Source of the DNA: a virus
DNA: 64,000 bases
Reading direction: 5' to 3' (one strand)
IMG/VR virus record: IMGVR_UViG_3300017992_000019
Coordinates: 30,892 to 94,891 of that record
Shown here: positions 29,039 to 36,400 of the stretch, piece after piece
Layout of the letters: the number at the start of each line of letters is the position of its first letter
Position numbering within the stretch: the first letter of the stretch is position 1
Position numbers and translations under genes: made by a program
Notes under the pieces: model-generated
What the model was told of the DNA's origin: nothing
The model's database searches: none
What the model saw: only the letters and a program-made list of their open reading frames with translations

Positions 29039-29469
29039 GATTCCGATCCGCGGTTGTCGCTTTTCTCGTTGCTTTCTTGTCAGTCGCTCCGGCCGTGTTA
29101 GCAGATCCCCCGGCCGGTGTCTCCGACGACACCGGTGCGGAGACAGTGTCTCTCGACCCGGCCGACAAGCCGGCCGACGTGACACCTCTCCTCAAAGGCA
29201 AGCCCGCACCTCACTCGGGTCTCCTTGTGCTCGAGGGTCGATTCACCCGGATGCTCAAAGCCGAGCAACGGGTCAAGACCGTCGACGGCACGCTCGAGAT
29301 CGAGCGCAAATTGCGCGCCGACCTCGAGGCGTTGTATACTAGGAAACTGGAGGAGGCGACCAAGCCGGAGCCGTGGTATAAGTCAGGTTGGATCTATTTC
29401 GGTCTCGGCGTTTTGGTCACCGTTGGCGCGATATACGGAGGCGCGCAGTTAGTCAAAGCGGCCAACTGA
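29035..29469 (+). CDS. Secreted/membrane protein of the lysis cassette (spanin-like)
   Basis: Signal peptide, coiled coil, 'PWYKS' and C-terminal TM. Confidence 0.45.
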   Translation: MRFRSAVVAFLVAFLSVAPAVLADPPAGVSDDTGAETVSLDPADKPADVTPLLKGKPAPHSGLLVLEGRFTRMLKAEQRVKTVDGTLEIERKLRADLEALYTRKLEEATKPEPWYKSGWIYFGLGVLVTVGAIYGGAQLVKAAN

Positions 29470-29490
29470 AACGAGGCGGGATGCACTCCA

Positions 29491-29712
29491 ATGGAAACAG
29501 TCTTGATCGAGATCGCAAAGCAGGGCGGGTTCGCATTTGTCGCGGCGCTCGCGATCTGGTTTGCGTTGAAAAAAGATCGGCAAGTGTCGCAGCTATACGA
29601 TCGACTCGAGCGAAAGTCAGAAAAGTACGTCGAGAAATATCAGGCGCTTTCGCGTGAGCTCAACGACACCGTCGCGGCACTTGCGGACGCACTCGATCTC
29701 GAGGTCGAGTGA
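29491..29712 (+). CDS. Small holin-like protein (BhlA-like)
   Basis: 'METVLIEIAKQGGFAFVAALAIWFALK' single TM plus coiled coil. Confidence 0.55.
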   Translation: METVLIEIAKQGGFAFVAALAIWFALKKDRQVSQLYDRLERKSEKYVEKYQALSRELNDTVAALADALDLEVE

Positions 29713-30116
29713 AACCGATCGGGGAGGTCTCTCCCATGTGGCCGTTCTCGCGTTTCAGAAAAAAGAAAGTGCAAGTCGAAACCAAAAAAGAGGGGGGAAA
29801 CGGGGAGGCAACCGACGTCGAGGTTGCACGCGAGAATCAAGTCACTCCTGTTGAGATTCTCCTCGCCGACTGCGAGGAGATCGAATCCCTTGACAGCGAG
29901 CCCGTAGTAGAGGACAACACCGGGGAGTTCCCCGAGGTCTACAACAAGCCGGGGATCGTCGTGAAAGAAAAAACGAGAGCTCAACGGCTACACAAACACG
30001 ATTCACAATCGCGGCGTGTCCTATGCGACATTGACAAACAGATCGAGCGGCTGAAAAAGATCCGGGAAAAGATCAAGGGAGGAACACTCAATGGGAAAGC
30101 AAAGGCGGAAACCTAA
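29709..30116 (+). CDS. Hypothetical protein (ATG 29736 is an alternative start)
   Basis: ORF with genome-typical codon usage, overlapping neighbours. Confidence 0.5.
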   Translation: MKPIGEVSPMWPFSRFRKKKVQVETKKEGGNGEATDVEVARENQVTPVEILLADCEEIESLDSEPVVEDNTGEFPEVYNKPGIVVKEKTRAQRLHKHDSQSRRVLCDIDKQIERLKKIREKIKGGTLNGKAKAET

Positions 30117-30417
30117 ATCGACGCCGACCTCGATCGAGATCCCACCGTGCGTCGGTTACTATGAGAAAGTCGAGATCGCTTGCGACGGCGACCCGGTCGG
30201 CGAAACCGAAATCGATCGGGTGCCGTGCTCGTGGCGAGACCATTGCCGCGCGTTCCGATCGCACCTTGAGCTCGCCGGACAATCGCCGGCGTCGCACATT
30301 GTCGAGGTGAGCAACGGCAACGGCCGACGGATTGGAAAACCAATCGCCGGCGAGGAGGCATTCCTCGAGTTGCTCGAGGAGAGTCTCCGCGGCTGGCAAG
30401 CAAGGGGGCAGGCATGA
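30091..30417 (+). CDS. Hypothetical Cys-rich protein
   Basis: GGAGG SD; PPC.G.Y...C...C.W..HC. Confidence 0.55.
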   Translation: MGKQRRKPKSTPTSIEIPPCVGYYEKVEIACDGDPVGETEIDRVPCSWRDHCRAFRSHLELAGQSPASHIVEVSNGNGRRIGKPIAGEEAFLELLEESLRGWQARGQA

Positions 30418-30794
30418 GCAAGACACGACGCGAACCCGAAGTGATCGACAACTCACCTCTCGTCGACGTCAAGATCGACGAGGTCGAATACAAGCTCACG
30501 CCGAAACGACTCCGGGATCTTGCCGGCGACATGCTCCTCGAGGAGCTCCTCCGGGTCGGCAATCTCCTCGGCGAGGCCGAGTCGCGACTCGTGCTCGTCG
30601 ACGCCGAGTATCGATCGTTCCGCGGCGTTGCAGTCAAGGCCGAGCTCGACAAGGATCCGAAACTGTCCGAGTGGAAAATCAAGGCGCGGATCGAAGCGAG
30701 CGCGGAGTTCCAGAAATTCAAGATCGGGATCGCGAAAGCGACGCGCGAGGTGCACGTGCTCCGCGAGACCCTCGCGACTCTCCGACTCCGGTGA
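30414..30794 (+). CDS. Hypothetical coiled-coil protein
   Basis: ATGA overlap; helical composition. Confidence 0.55.
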   Translation: MSKTRREPEVIDNSPLVDVKIDEVEYKLTPKRLRDLAGDMLLEELLRVGNLLGEAESRLVLVDAEYRSFRGVAVKAELDKDPKLSEWKIKARIEASAEFQKFKIGIAKATREVHVLRETLATLRLR

Positions 30795-30899
30795 TCGTCC
30801 GGCCGACTTGATTGTCGGGATCGGGCGAGACCTCCGAATCGAAAAACCGAGCTCGAGCTCGCGACCGGATCGCGAGACCCGGAACACCGATCCCGTGGC

Positions 30900-31135
30900 G
30901 ACGGGATCGACCTCCCGGCCGGGAGGGATCCAGCCGGGCACCCGGCCGGACTCCCACCGGGCCCCGGGCCGATCCAGCCGGGCGCCGGCGACCTCGAGGC
31001 CGACCTCCCGGCCGGGCCGGACTCCCACCGGCACCCACCGGCACCCACCGGCACCCACCGAGATCCACCGGCCGGATCCCTGATCTCGGGTCGAGCTCGA
31101 GGCCGACGGATCTTTTTTCGGGTTTTTTCGGGCCC
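30900..31135. repeat. GC-rich interspersed and tandem repeat region
   Basis: cgacctcccggccggg x2, gatccagccgggc x2, ggccggactcccaccgg x2, (cccaccggca)x3 plus a partial copy, ttttttcggg x2. Confidence 0.85.
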
Positions 31136-31484
31136 GGATCGCGGGTGCTCGTTGTGTGGTGCTCTGTGGCGCCTCACAGGACGGGCCGAGATCCGGGCGC
31201 AAACCCCGTGCCAGGCAGGGCCCCGGATCCCGGGAGACCGGGCGCGCCAGAATAGGCGCCTCGAGACGTCTCTCCGCGTCTCCTACGCTTGCCGGGCCGG
31301 ACACGACCCGACACCCCGGATCCCAGGCCGGAGGCCGCACAGGGCCCGCAATCGCCTCGCGCGAATTTCCCAAACAAAACGAGGCACTTACAAGAGGGTG
31401 AGCGAAAACTCGTTTTCGGTCAAGGGGTTGGCCGCTTGCAAGTATGCGTTCCGTAAGTGGAAAACGTACCGGCGAAAATAGTTG

Positions 31485-31513
31485 TTGCAATACGCGAAAC
31501 GGTGCCGTATACT
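31485..31513 (+). promoter_or_regulatory. Sigma70-type promoter
   Basis: TTGCAA-17 bp-TATACT with an A-rich upstream segment. Confidence 0.7.
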
Positions 31514-31547
31514 GTAAACATGAGGCCGGAGACCAAGACAAGCCCGA

Positions 31548-31567
31548 AACTGTGCAACGGCACAGTT
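31548..31567. promoter_or_regulatory. Dyad, putative enhancer (UAS) or operator
   Basis: AACTGTGC-aacg-GCACAGTT perfect 8-bp inverted repeat; second TGT-N8-ACA at 31597-31610. Confidence 0.55.
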
Positions 31568-31689
31568 CTTGCCCTGGATCCCCTACCTCGCAAAAATGTT
31601 CAAAAGCACACTATGAAAAATGTACTTTTTACACACCGTTTCTGCACCGCGTCACGGGCTAACTCGCTGAAACATAAGAGTTCAGGAGT

Positions 31690-31705
31690 TGGCACGCGGT
31701 TTGCA
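31690..31705 (+). promoter_or_regulatory. Sigma54 (RpoN) -24/-12 promoter
   Basis: TGGCAC-GCGGT-TTGCA, exact consensus spacing, in the AT-rich intergenic region. Confidence 0.8.
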
Positions 31706-31716
31706 GTAACATACTA

Positions 31717-32087
31717 ATAGTTGCTCATTGACAAAGGAACGGCGAAGCGAAGCAGGGACGGCCGGAAACAGTCCCACCGGGGCAACCCTCCCGGAGCTAG
31801 CAGGAAACACCGAGACCAACAAAAGCTAGTGTGACCCTACGGGGCACGGGTAGACGGGCGAAGCAAGGAGGAGCCGACAATGCCTCCGAGACCCGGGCGA
31901 CGAAACGGCCACATGACAAGCATGGGGCACGAGTAAAAAAGAGAGACGGCCGGCGAGAGTCGGCCACATGGGCGCGCACCGCGAGGCGGTCGCCGCGAGG
32001 TCGTACCTCGGCGCGCTCCTTTTGAGAGTTGAGAGATTGAAACCCTTTTGACCTTGTCGCGGACAAGGAAACCTTTTGGAGGATACC
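31717..32087 (+). ncRNA. Long structured 5' leader or candidate ncRNA
   Basis: About 370 nt without a credible gene; hairpins ggccggc-gaga-gtcggcc, accgc-gag-gcggt, cgagg-tcgta-cctcg, ccttgtc-gcg-gacaagg. Confidence 0.45.
31722..31734 (+). promoter_or_regulatory. boxA-like antitermination element
   Basis: TGCTCATTGACAA, 11/13 match to rrn boxA TGCTCTTTAACAA, just after the predicted sigma54 start. Confidence 0.5.
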
Positions 32088-33029
32088 ATGACCGCTAATA
32101 TCGAAACCCTGAAGTCTCAGACCTTCGGCGTCGAAATTGAATTCGTAGGTTGCACCCAGGAACGCGCCGCTCGCGCGGTGCACTCCGTTGTCGGCGGTCG
32201 GATCTTCGACCGCACCGTCGTTGCTCCCGACGGTCGCAAGTGGAAAGTCGTCTCCGACGGGTCGGTCGCCGGTGTCGGCGGCGAGCTCGTGACTCCGGTC
32301 CTCAAGTACGACGACATGGAAACCCTGCAAGAGGTCGTGCGGGCCATGCGTCGCGCCGGTTGCCGCAAGCACTCCTCGGCCGGTATTCACGTGCACGTCG
32401 GCGCTCGCGACATGACCGCCAAGCAGATCGTCAACGTGGTCAAGACTTGGAATCGGCAGGAACGGATCATTGTCAAGGCGCTCGACATTGAGGGTCGCAC
32501 CTACGGCACCAACGGTGCTCGCACTTGGGCCGCGTCTGCAAACCGCGACGTGATCCCCCGGATCCTCCGGTCCAAGCCTAAGACCATGAACAAGCTCGCG
32601 GCCGCTTGGTACGGCGAGAGCAACTATGAGTCGCGCACCTATCGCAAGTATGACTCGAGCCGGTATCACGCGATCAACCTGCACAACCTTTTTTATGGGT
32701 CGCACGGCACCATCGAATTTCGTTGCTTCAACTCGACCATGCACGCCGGCGAAATCCGCTCCTACGTCGTGCTCGCTCTCGCAGTCGTCGCCAAGGGTCG
32801 CAACGGCCGCGGCGCCTCGGTTGAGCAGCGCGCTTTCAATCCCGAAACCGCGAAATTCGATTTTCGCCAGTGGATGATCAAGCTCGGCATGATCGGCGCC
32901 GAGTTCAAGAATGTCCGCAAGCACCTTATGAAGCGCCTCCCGGGATCCTCCCGGTCGGCCAACACTGGCCGGACTCGCGGCGGTCACGCTCGCCGGAACA
33001 ACAACGTCGAGAATCACGCGAGCGTGTAA
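32088..33029 (+). CDS. Amidoligase (COOH-NH2 ligase type 2)
   Basis: 'TFGVEIEF', 'WKVVSDGSV', 'ELVTPVL', 'SAGIHVHVG', 'RYHAINL', 'GTIEFRCFNST'. Confidence 0.92.
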   Translation: MTANIETLKSQTFGVEIEFVGCTQERAARAVHSVVGGRIFDRTVVAPDGRKWKVVSDGSVAGVGGELVTPVLKYDDMETLQEVVRAMRRAGCRKHSSAGIHVHVGARDMTAKQIVNVVKTWNRQERIIVKALDIEGRTYGTNGARTWAASANRDVIPRILRSKPKTMNKLAAAWYGESNYESRTYRKYDSSRYHAINLHNLFYGSHGTIEFRCFNSTMHAGEIRSYVVLALAVVAKGRNGRGASVEQRAFNPETAKFDFRQWMIKLGMIGAEFKNVRKHLMKRLPGSSRSANTGRTRGGHARRNNNVENHASV

Positions 33030-33063
33030 GTCAACCTCAACCCCGGGCGCTCCGGCGCCCGGG

Positions 33064-33130
33064 TGTCGAAACGCCGGCAACGCGCCGGCGTCTATCGGGG
33101 ATCGCCTCCCGATACTGACGAGACAGGCGA
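33064..33130 (+). ncRNA. Type II hammerhead ribozyme with pseudoknot
   Basis: tgtc-GAAA-cgccggc/gccggcg-TC^-tatcggg/cccgata-CTGACGA-gaca; loop I tcgcc pairs with 3' ggcga; predicted cleavage after C33092. Confidence 0.92.
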
Positions 33131-33158
33131 CGACAAGGAAACCGAAAAGGAGGAAACC

Positions 33159-33551
33159 ATGTCTTGCAAAGTGTTCGTGTATGGCACGCTCCTCGAGGGC
33201 GAGCCGAATCACAGGGTGCTCGGCGACTCCGAGCTCCTCGGCACCGCGACGACTCGGCCGGCTTTCCGGTTTGTCGATTGCGGATACTACCCGGCCGCAC
33301 TCACCGACGGCGAAACGGCGATCGTCGGCGAGGTCTACCGGGTCAACGACGAGACGCTCGAGGATCTCGATCGTCTCGAGGGTGTTCCTCGGTTGTACCA
33401 GCGCAAGCGGATCAAGCTCGCCGACGGATCGGTTGCTTGGATCTACTTGCTCAACCCCGAGGGTTACTACGGCCGGCGCGAAATGCCGGCGATCGAGTGC
33501 GGCGACTGGCGCGCGCACCTCGACGCGAAATACGGCGCGGCCGCGTCGTGA
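33159..33551 (+). CDS. Gamma-glutamylcyclotransferase (AIG2/YtfP-like)
   Basis: 'VFVYGTLLEGEPNH', 'GEVYRV....LEDLDRLEG.P.LYQR', 'I..GDW'. Confidence 0.92.
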   Translation: MSCKVFVYGTLLEGEPNHRVLGDSELLGTATTRPAFRFVDCGYYPAALTDGETAIVGEVYRVNDETLEDLDRLEGVPRLYQRKRIKLADGSVAWIYLLNPEGYYGRREMPAIECGDWRAHLDAKYGAAAS

Positions 33552-33561
33552 GGAGGAAACC

Positions 33562-33795
33562 ATGACACCCGAAATCACAGTCGAGCAGAGACGGAAGTAC
33601 AGAGAGATCGACACCCGGAATCTCCGGGCGATCTTCATTGCCAACCCGCGCGGCGAAATGCGGCGCATCTTTCCGAAAGCGGCACGACAGGGAATCGGCG
33701 CTCGGAGCGTGAGCGAGATCGTCGTGTGCTTGATCCACGTCGGCGAGCTCAAGGTCGACACCGACTCCGGCCGGTATGAGTGGATCGGAAACTGA
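33562..33795 (+). CDS. Hypothetical small protein (winged-helix-like)
   Basis: AGGAGGAAACCATG start. Confidence 0.55.
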   Translation: MTPEITVEQRRKYREIDTRNLRAIFIANPRGEMRRIFPKAARQGIGARSVSEIVVCLIHVGELKVDTDSGRYEWIGN

Positions 33796-33810
33796 AAAGT
33801 GTTCGAGATA

Positions 33811-33893
33811 GGGGATCCCGGTATCCGGCCCGACAGGCATTGACTCCCAATGTCTCGCGTTTCCCCGACGCGACGGCCGGCGCCGGGATCCCC
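33811..33893 (+). ncRNA. Stalked double-hairpin element (family B, copy 1)
   Basis: 11-bp + 6-bp stalk enclosing ggcattg-actcc-caatgtc and tcgcgt-ttccccg-acgcga. Confidence 0.6.
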
Positions 33894-33902
33894 ACTTTAT
33901 CA

Positions 33903-33962
33903 TTTCCGAGGGAGGAATCGCAACCCTCCCCGACTTGTGTCCCGGCGATACGGGATCGGAAA
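33903..33962 (+). ncRNA. Three-way-junction motif A, copy 1
   Basis: P1 tttccga/tcggaaa; P2 gggagg/cctccc; junction CGACTTGTG; P3 tcccg/cggga. Confidence 0.75.
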
Positions 33963-33998
33963 CCCAAACAGGCAAGGAAACCTTGCAAGGAGGAAACC

Positions 33999-34325
33999 AT
34001 GCACGACTTTGACATGAGAAAAAGACGGATCCGAATGACCCTCGAGGAGACGAGGAAAAAGATCGTCGAATTCGCAAACAAGAACGACGTCGGTTTCGAC
34101 TTTCACGAGCCCGACTGTCCCAACGGAGTCAAGGCCAAGGTCCGCGGGATCTGCTTTGACAACGCGCACGGCGATCACGGCGGCGAGTACACGACCCGCA
34201 CCGGCAAGCGGCGCGGTCCTTACGAAATGATCGTGATCCTCACCGACGACGACGGCAACAAGATCCGCGTCAACCTCGCGACGCTCTTTGCGCTCGCGAC
34301 AATGGATCACCGGAACAAGTTGTAG
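33999..34325 (+). CDS. Hypothetical protein
   Basis: AAGGAGGAAACCATG start. Confidence 0.65.
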   Translation: MHDFDMRKRRIRMTLEETRKKIVEFANKNDVGFDFHEPDCPNGVKAKVRGICFDNAHGDHGGEYTTRTGKRRGPYEMIVILTDDDGNKIRVNLATLFALATMDHRNKL

Positions 34326-34334
34326 GAGGGCGCC

Positions 34335-34664
34335 ATGAGTGCACAAGCAAAATGGAGGGAGCTCGCGGTGAGGTTGAGCTCGGCGTTCGTGACCGAGTAT
34401 CGGGTGAGCGGAAAACTCGACAGGCTCGTTTCGCGCACCGCGAATTTTATCCTCGAGGATCCCGAGAACAACGAGTCGGTCGCGGCCGGGCATATCAAGA
34501 TCGAGCTCGAGGAGGATTATCGCGACATGCTCGGGTATTACAAAGACACCCAAGACGAGATCAAGCGGTTGACGATCGAGCTCGGATTCGAGCTCGCGAT
34601 CGCGGCGTTTGTGGTCTCGGTCAAGAGCGCGGCCATGCGTCGCGTCAAGGAGTGCCGGCAATGA
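34335..34664 (+). CDS. Hypothetical protein
   Basis: GGAGG SD; helical ORF. Confidence 0.6.
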   Translation: MSAQAKWRELAVRLSSAFVTEYRVSGKLDRLVSRTANFILEDPENNESVAAGHIKIELEEDYRDMLGYYKDTQDEIKRLTIELGFELAIAAFVVSVKSAAMRRVKECRQ

Positions 34665-35185
34665 AACCGAAAACCATATTACGCAAGGGCCGGCGCGACT
34701 ACGGCCGGCCGAGTCTCAACGAAACACTCAAGCTCGGCGTGTTGGTCTTTGCCTACGGGAGCAACCTCGACGTCGATCAGATGTTTCGCCGTTGTCCCGA
34801 CTCGCTCGTCGTTGGTCCGGCGTTCCTCCCGGGATACTCGCTCGAGTTTGTCGGGCACTCCCGCGGGTGGGCCGGCGCCGTCGCGAATGTCTACAAGTCG
34901 AGCCGAGGGTGTAACGTGCCGGGCATGGTCTACCGGGTGACACCGGAGGATCTCGCGCACCTCGACGCTTGCGAGGGTGTGCCGTACACATACGAGCGGG
35001 TCAAGGTCCGGGTGAAAATGTTCGACGGCAAGCGGCGCACCGTGCACGTGTATCTCCGACAGGGAGATCCCGAGCTCGGGTATCCGTCGGTCCGATACTT
35101 CCGGGCGATCTATCGCGGTTACATGCTCTGGCAGTTTCACACAAACCACATTACCCGACTGTTTCGCGCGGCCGGGTATTCATAA
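34661..35185 (+). CDS. Second gamma-glutamylcyclotransferase
   Basis: 'VFAYGSNLDVDQM.RRCP', 'LDACEGVPY.YER', 'PS..YF..I..GY'. Confidence 0.9.
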   Translation: MKPKTILRKGRRDYGRPSLNETLKLGVLVFAYGSNLDVDQMFRRCPDSLVVGPAFLPGYSLEFVGHSRGWAGAVANVYKSSRGCNVPGMVYRVTPEDLAHLDACEGVPYTYERVKVRVKMFDGKRRTVHVYLRQGDPELGYPSVRYFRAIYRGYMLWQFHTNHITRLFRAAGYS

Positions 35186-35198
35186 GAAAGGAGATTGA

Positions 35199-35257
35199 CC
35201 TCGCGGAGAGCTCGTCGCGGAGCTCTCCGACTTTTGCTCCGGCGTAGGAGCGCGAGG
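35199..35257 (+). ncRNA. Three-way-junction motif A, copy 2
   Basis: P1 cctcgcg/cgcgagg; P2 gagagctc/gagctctc; junction CGACTTTTG; P3 ctcc-ggcgta-ggag. Confidence 0.75.
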
Positions 35258-35281
35258 GAAACGAAAACCAAGGAGGGAATC

Positions 35282-35659
35282 ATGCCCGCACATTGTCAAA
35301 CGGAAATGTACGACGACCGCAACCCGCTCGCGAAGTGGCGGATCACTCACTCATGGATCGAGGAGGTCGGCGTCGTGGGAGACGAGAGAAAGAAAACCCC
35401 GATCGACGTCGTCGGCCCGAGGACTTGTCCTCCCGACGAGGACGATCACAAATTCAAGTGGACCGAGTTTCGGATCTACGACGACGACGGCGAGCTCTAC
35501 TATGAGGGGATCATGAACGAGCATTGCGAGGGGCTCGACCCGCTCGACGACTTCGGCACGCCGAATGCCGGCGCGACCGAGTTGCGGATCAAGGTCAAGG
35601 ATCAGGAGTGCCCGACGTGCAAGGGCACCGGCAAATGCGACCGTTGGGAAACGGTCTGA
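35282..35659 (+). CDS. Hypothetical protein with C-terminal CxxCxGxG
   Basis: 'FRIYDDDGELYYEG...PLDDFG.PNAGATE' conserved phage-type motif. Confidence 0.65.
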   Translation: MPAHCQTEMYDDRNPLAKWRITHSWIEEVGVVGDERKKTPIDVVGPRTCPPDEDDHKFKWTEFRIYDDDGELYYEGIMNEHCEGLDPLDDFGTPNAGATELRIKVKDQECPTCKGTGKCDRWETV

Positions 35660-35672
35660 AAGGAGATCGGTC

Positions 35673-36257
35673 ATGGTACGGTTACCGATACGGGTTCCGA
35701 CGGCCGAGGAGAGGTACAACGAAAAGCTCGAGTTGATCGCACGCTTCGCGCACGTGCCGGAGTCGGTCGTGCGCGCCTTGCATCGATCCTACATGAGAGT
35801 CGGCCGGATGAAATGCTACACCGACGGCGGGCCGGTCACGCGCAAGCATCGACGGGCCGGTCACGACAGCATGAGAAAGCGCGCGCTCGACGAGCTCCGG
35901 CGCACGATGCTCGAGATCCTCGGCGGTCCTTTCGCCGGGTCAAGCGCGTTGTGGTATCGCGGTCTCCGCGAGCAAGCTCACGCCGATCGCGCGTGGTCGT
36001 TGCTCAATGACCTCGTCGAGGCATACGACGCGCGGCGCGAGCACGACGGTTTGTGTTCCCCGGAGACGATCGCGAAAGTGATCCACGATCACATGAGCAA
36101 GGATCAGCGGCGCGGGTATTTCCGCGAGCAATTTTTCGGCGACAACGCTTTCGAGGAGATCCTCGGAAAGGTCAAGCTCCCGGACTTCTCGCACTTGCAC
36201 CTCGCCGAGATCCTCGACGCTCTCGAGAGTCTCTTGTATCCCAACGCGGCCGAGTGA
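35673..36257 (+). CDS. Hypothetical protein
   Basis: AAGGAG SD, ATG 35673. Confidence 0.6.
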   Translation: MVRLPIRVPTAEERYNEKLELIARFAHVPESVVRALHRSYMRVGRMKCYTDGGPVTRKHRRAGHDSMRKRALDELRRTMLEILGGPFAGSSALWYRGLREQAHADRAWSLLNDLVEAYDARREHDGLCSPETIAKVIHDHMSKDQRRGYFREQFFGDNAFEEILGKVKLPDFSHLHLAEILDALESLLYPNAAE

Positions 36258-36273
36258 TATCACCGGCCGGCAA

Positions 36274-36336
36274 GGTCTCGCGAGGCGCGCGTCGCGGCGC
36301 GCCTCGACTTGTGCTCCGGCGTAGGAGCGCGAGACC
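36274..36336 (+). ncRNA. Three-way-junction motif A, copy 3
   Basis: P1 ggtctcgcg/cgcgagacc; P2 aggcgcgc/gcgcgcct; junction CGACTTGTG; P3 ctcc-ggcgta-ggag. Confidence 0.75.
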
Positions 36337-36400
36337 GTCTCGCGGGTCTCCCCGGCCGCGAGACGTGCCAACCACGGGGAGGCGACTAAAGGAGGGACTC

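Noticed and set aside
30900-31070. Possible CRISPR array
   Set aside because: Repeats are 10-17 bp, tandem or interleaved, without unique regular spacers; no cas genes.
33063-33158. N-terminal extensions in the ORF track (also 33780, 35195, 36053, 38792)
   Set aside because: These read through structured intergenic RNAs; strong SD/ATG starts lie downstream.
31797-33761. 654-aa minus-strand ORF, and other long antisense ORFs such as 46766..48778 and 2982..4571
   Set aside because: They mirror well-supported plus-strand genes, as expected from high-GC codon bias, and show no motifs.
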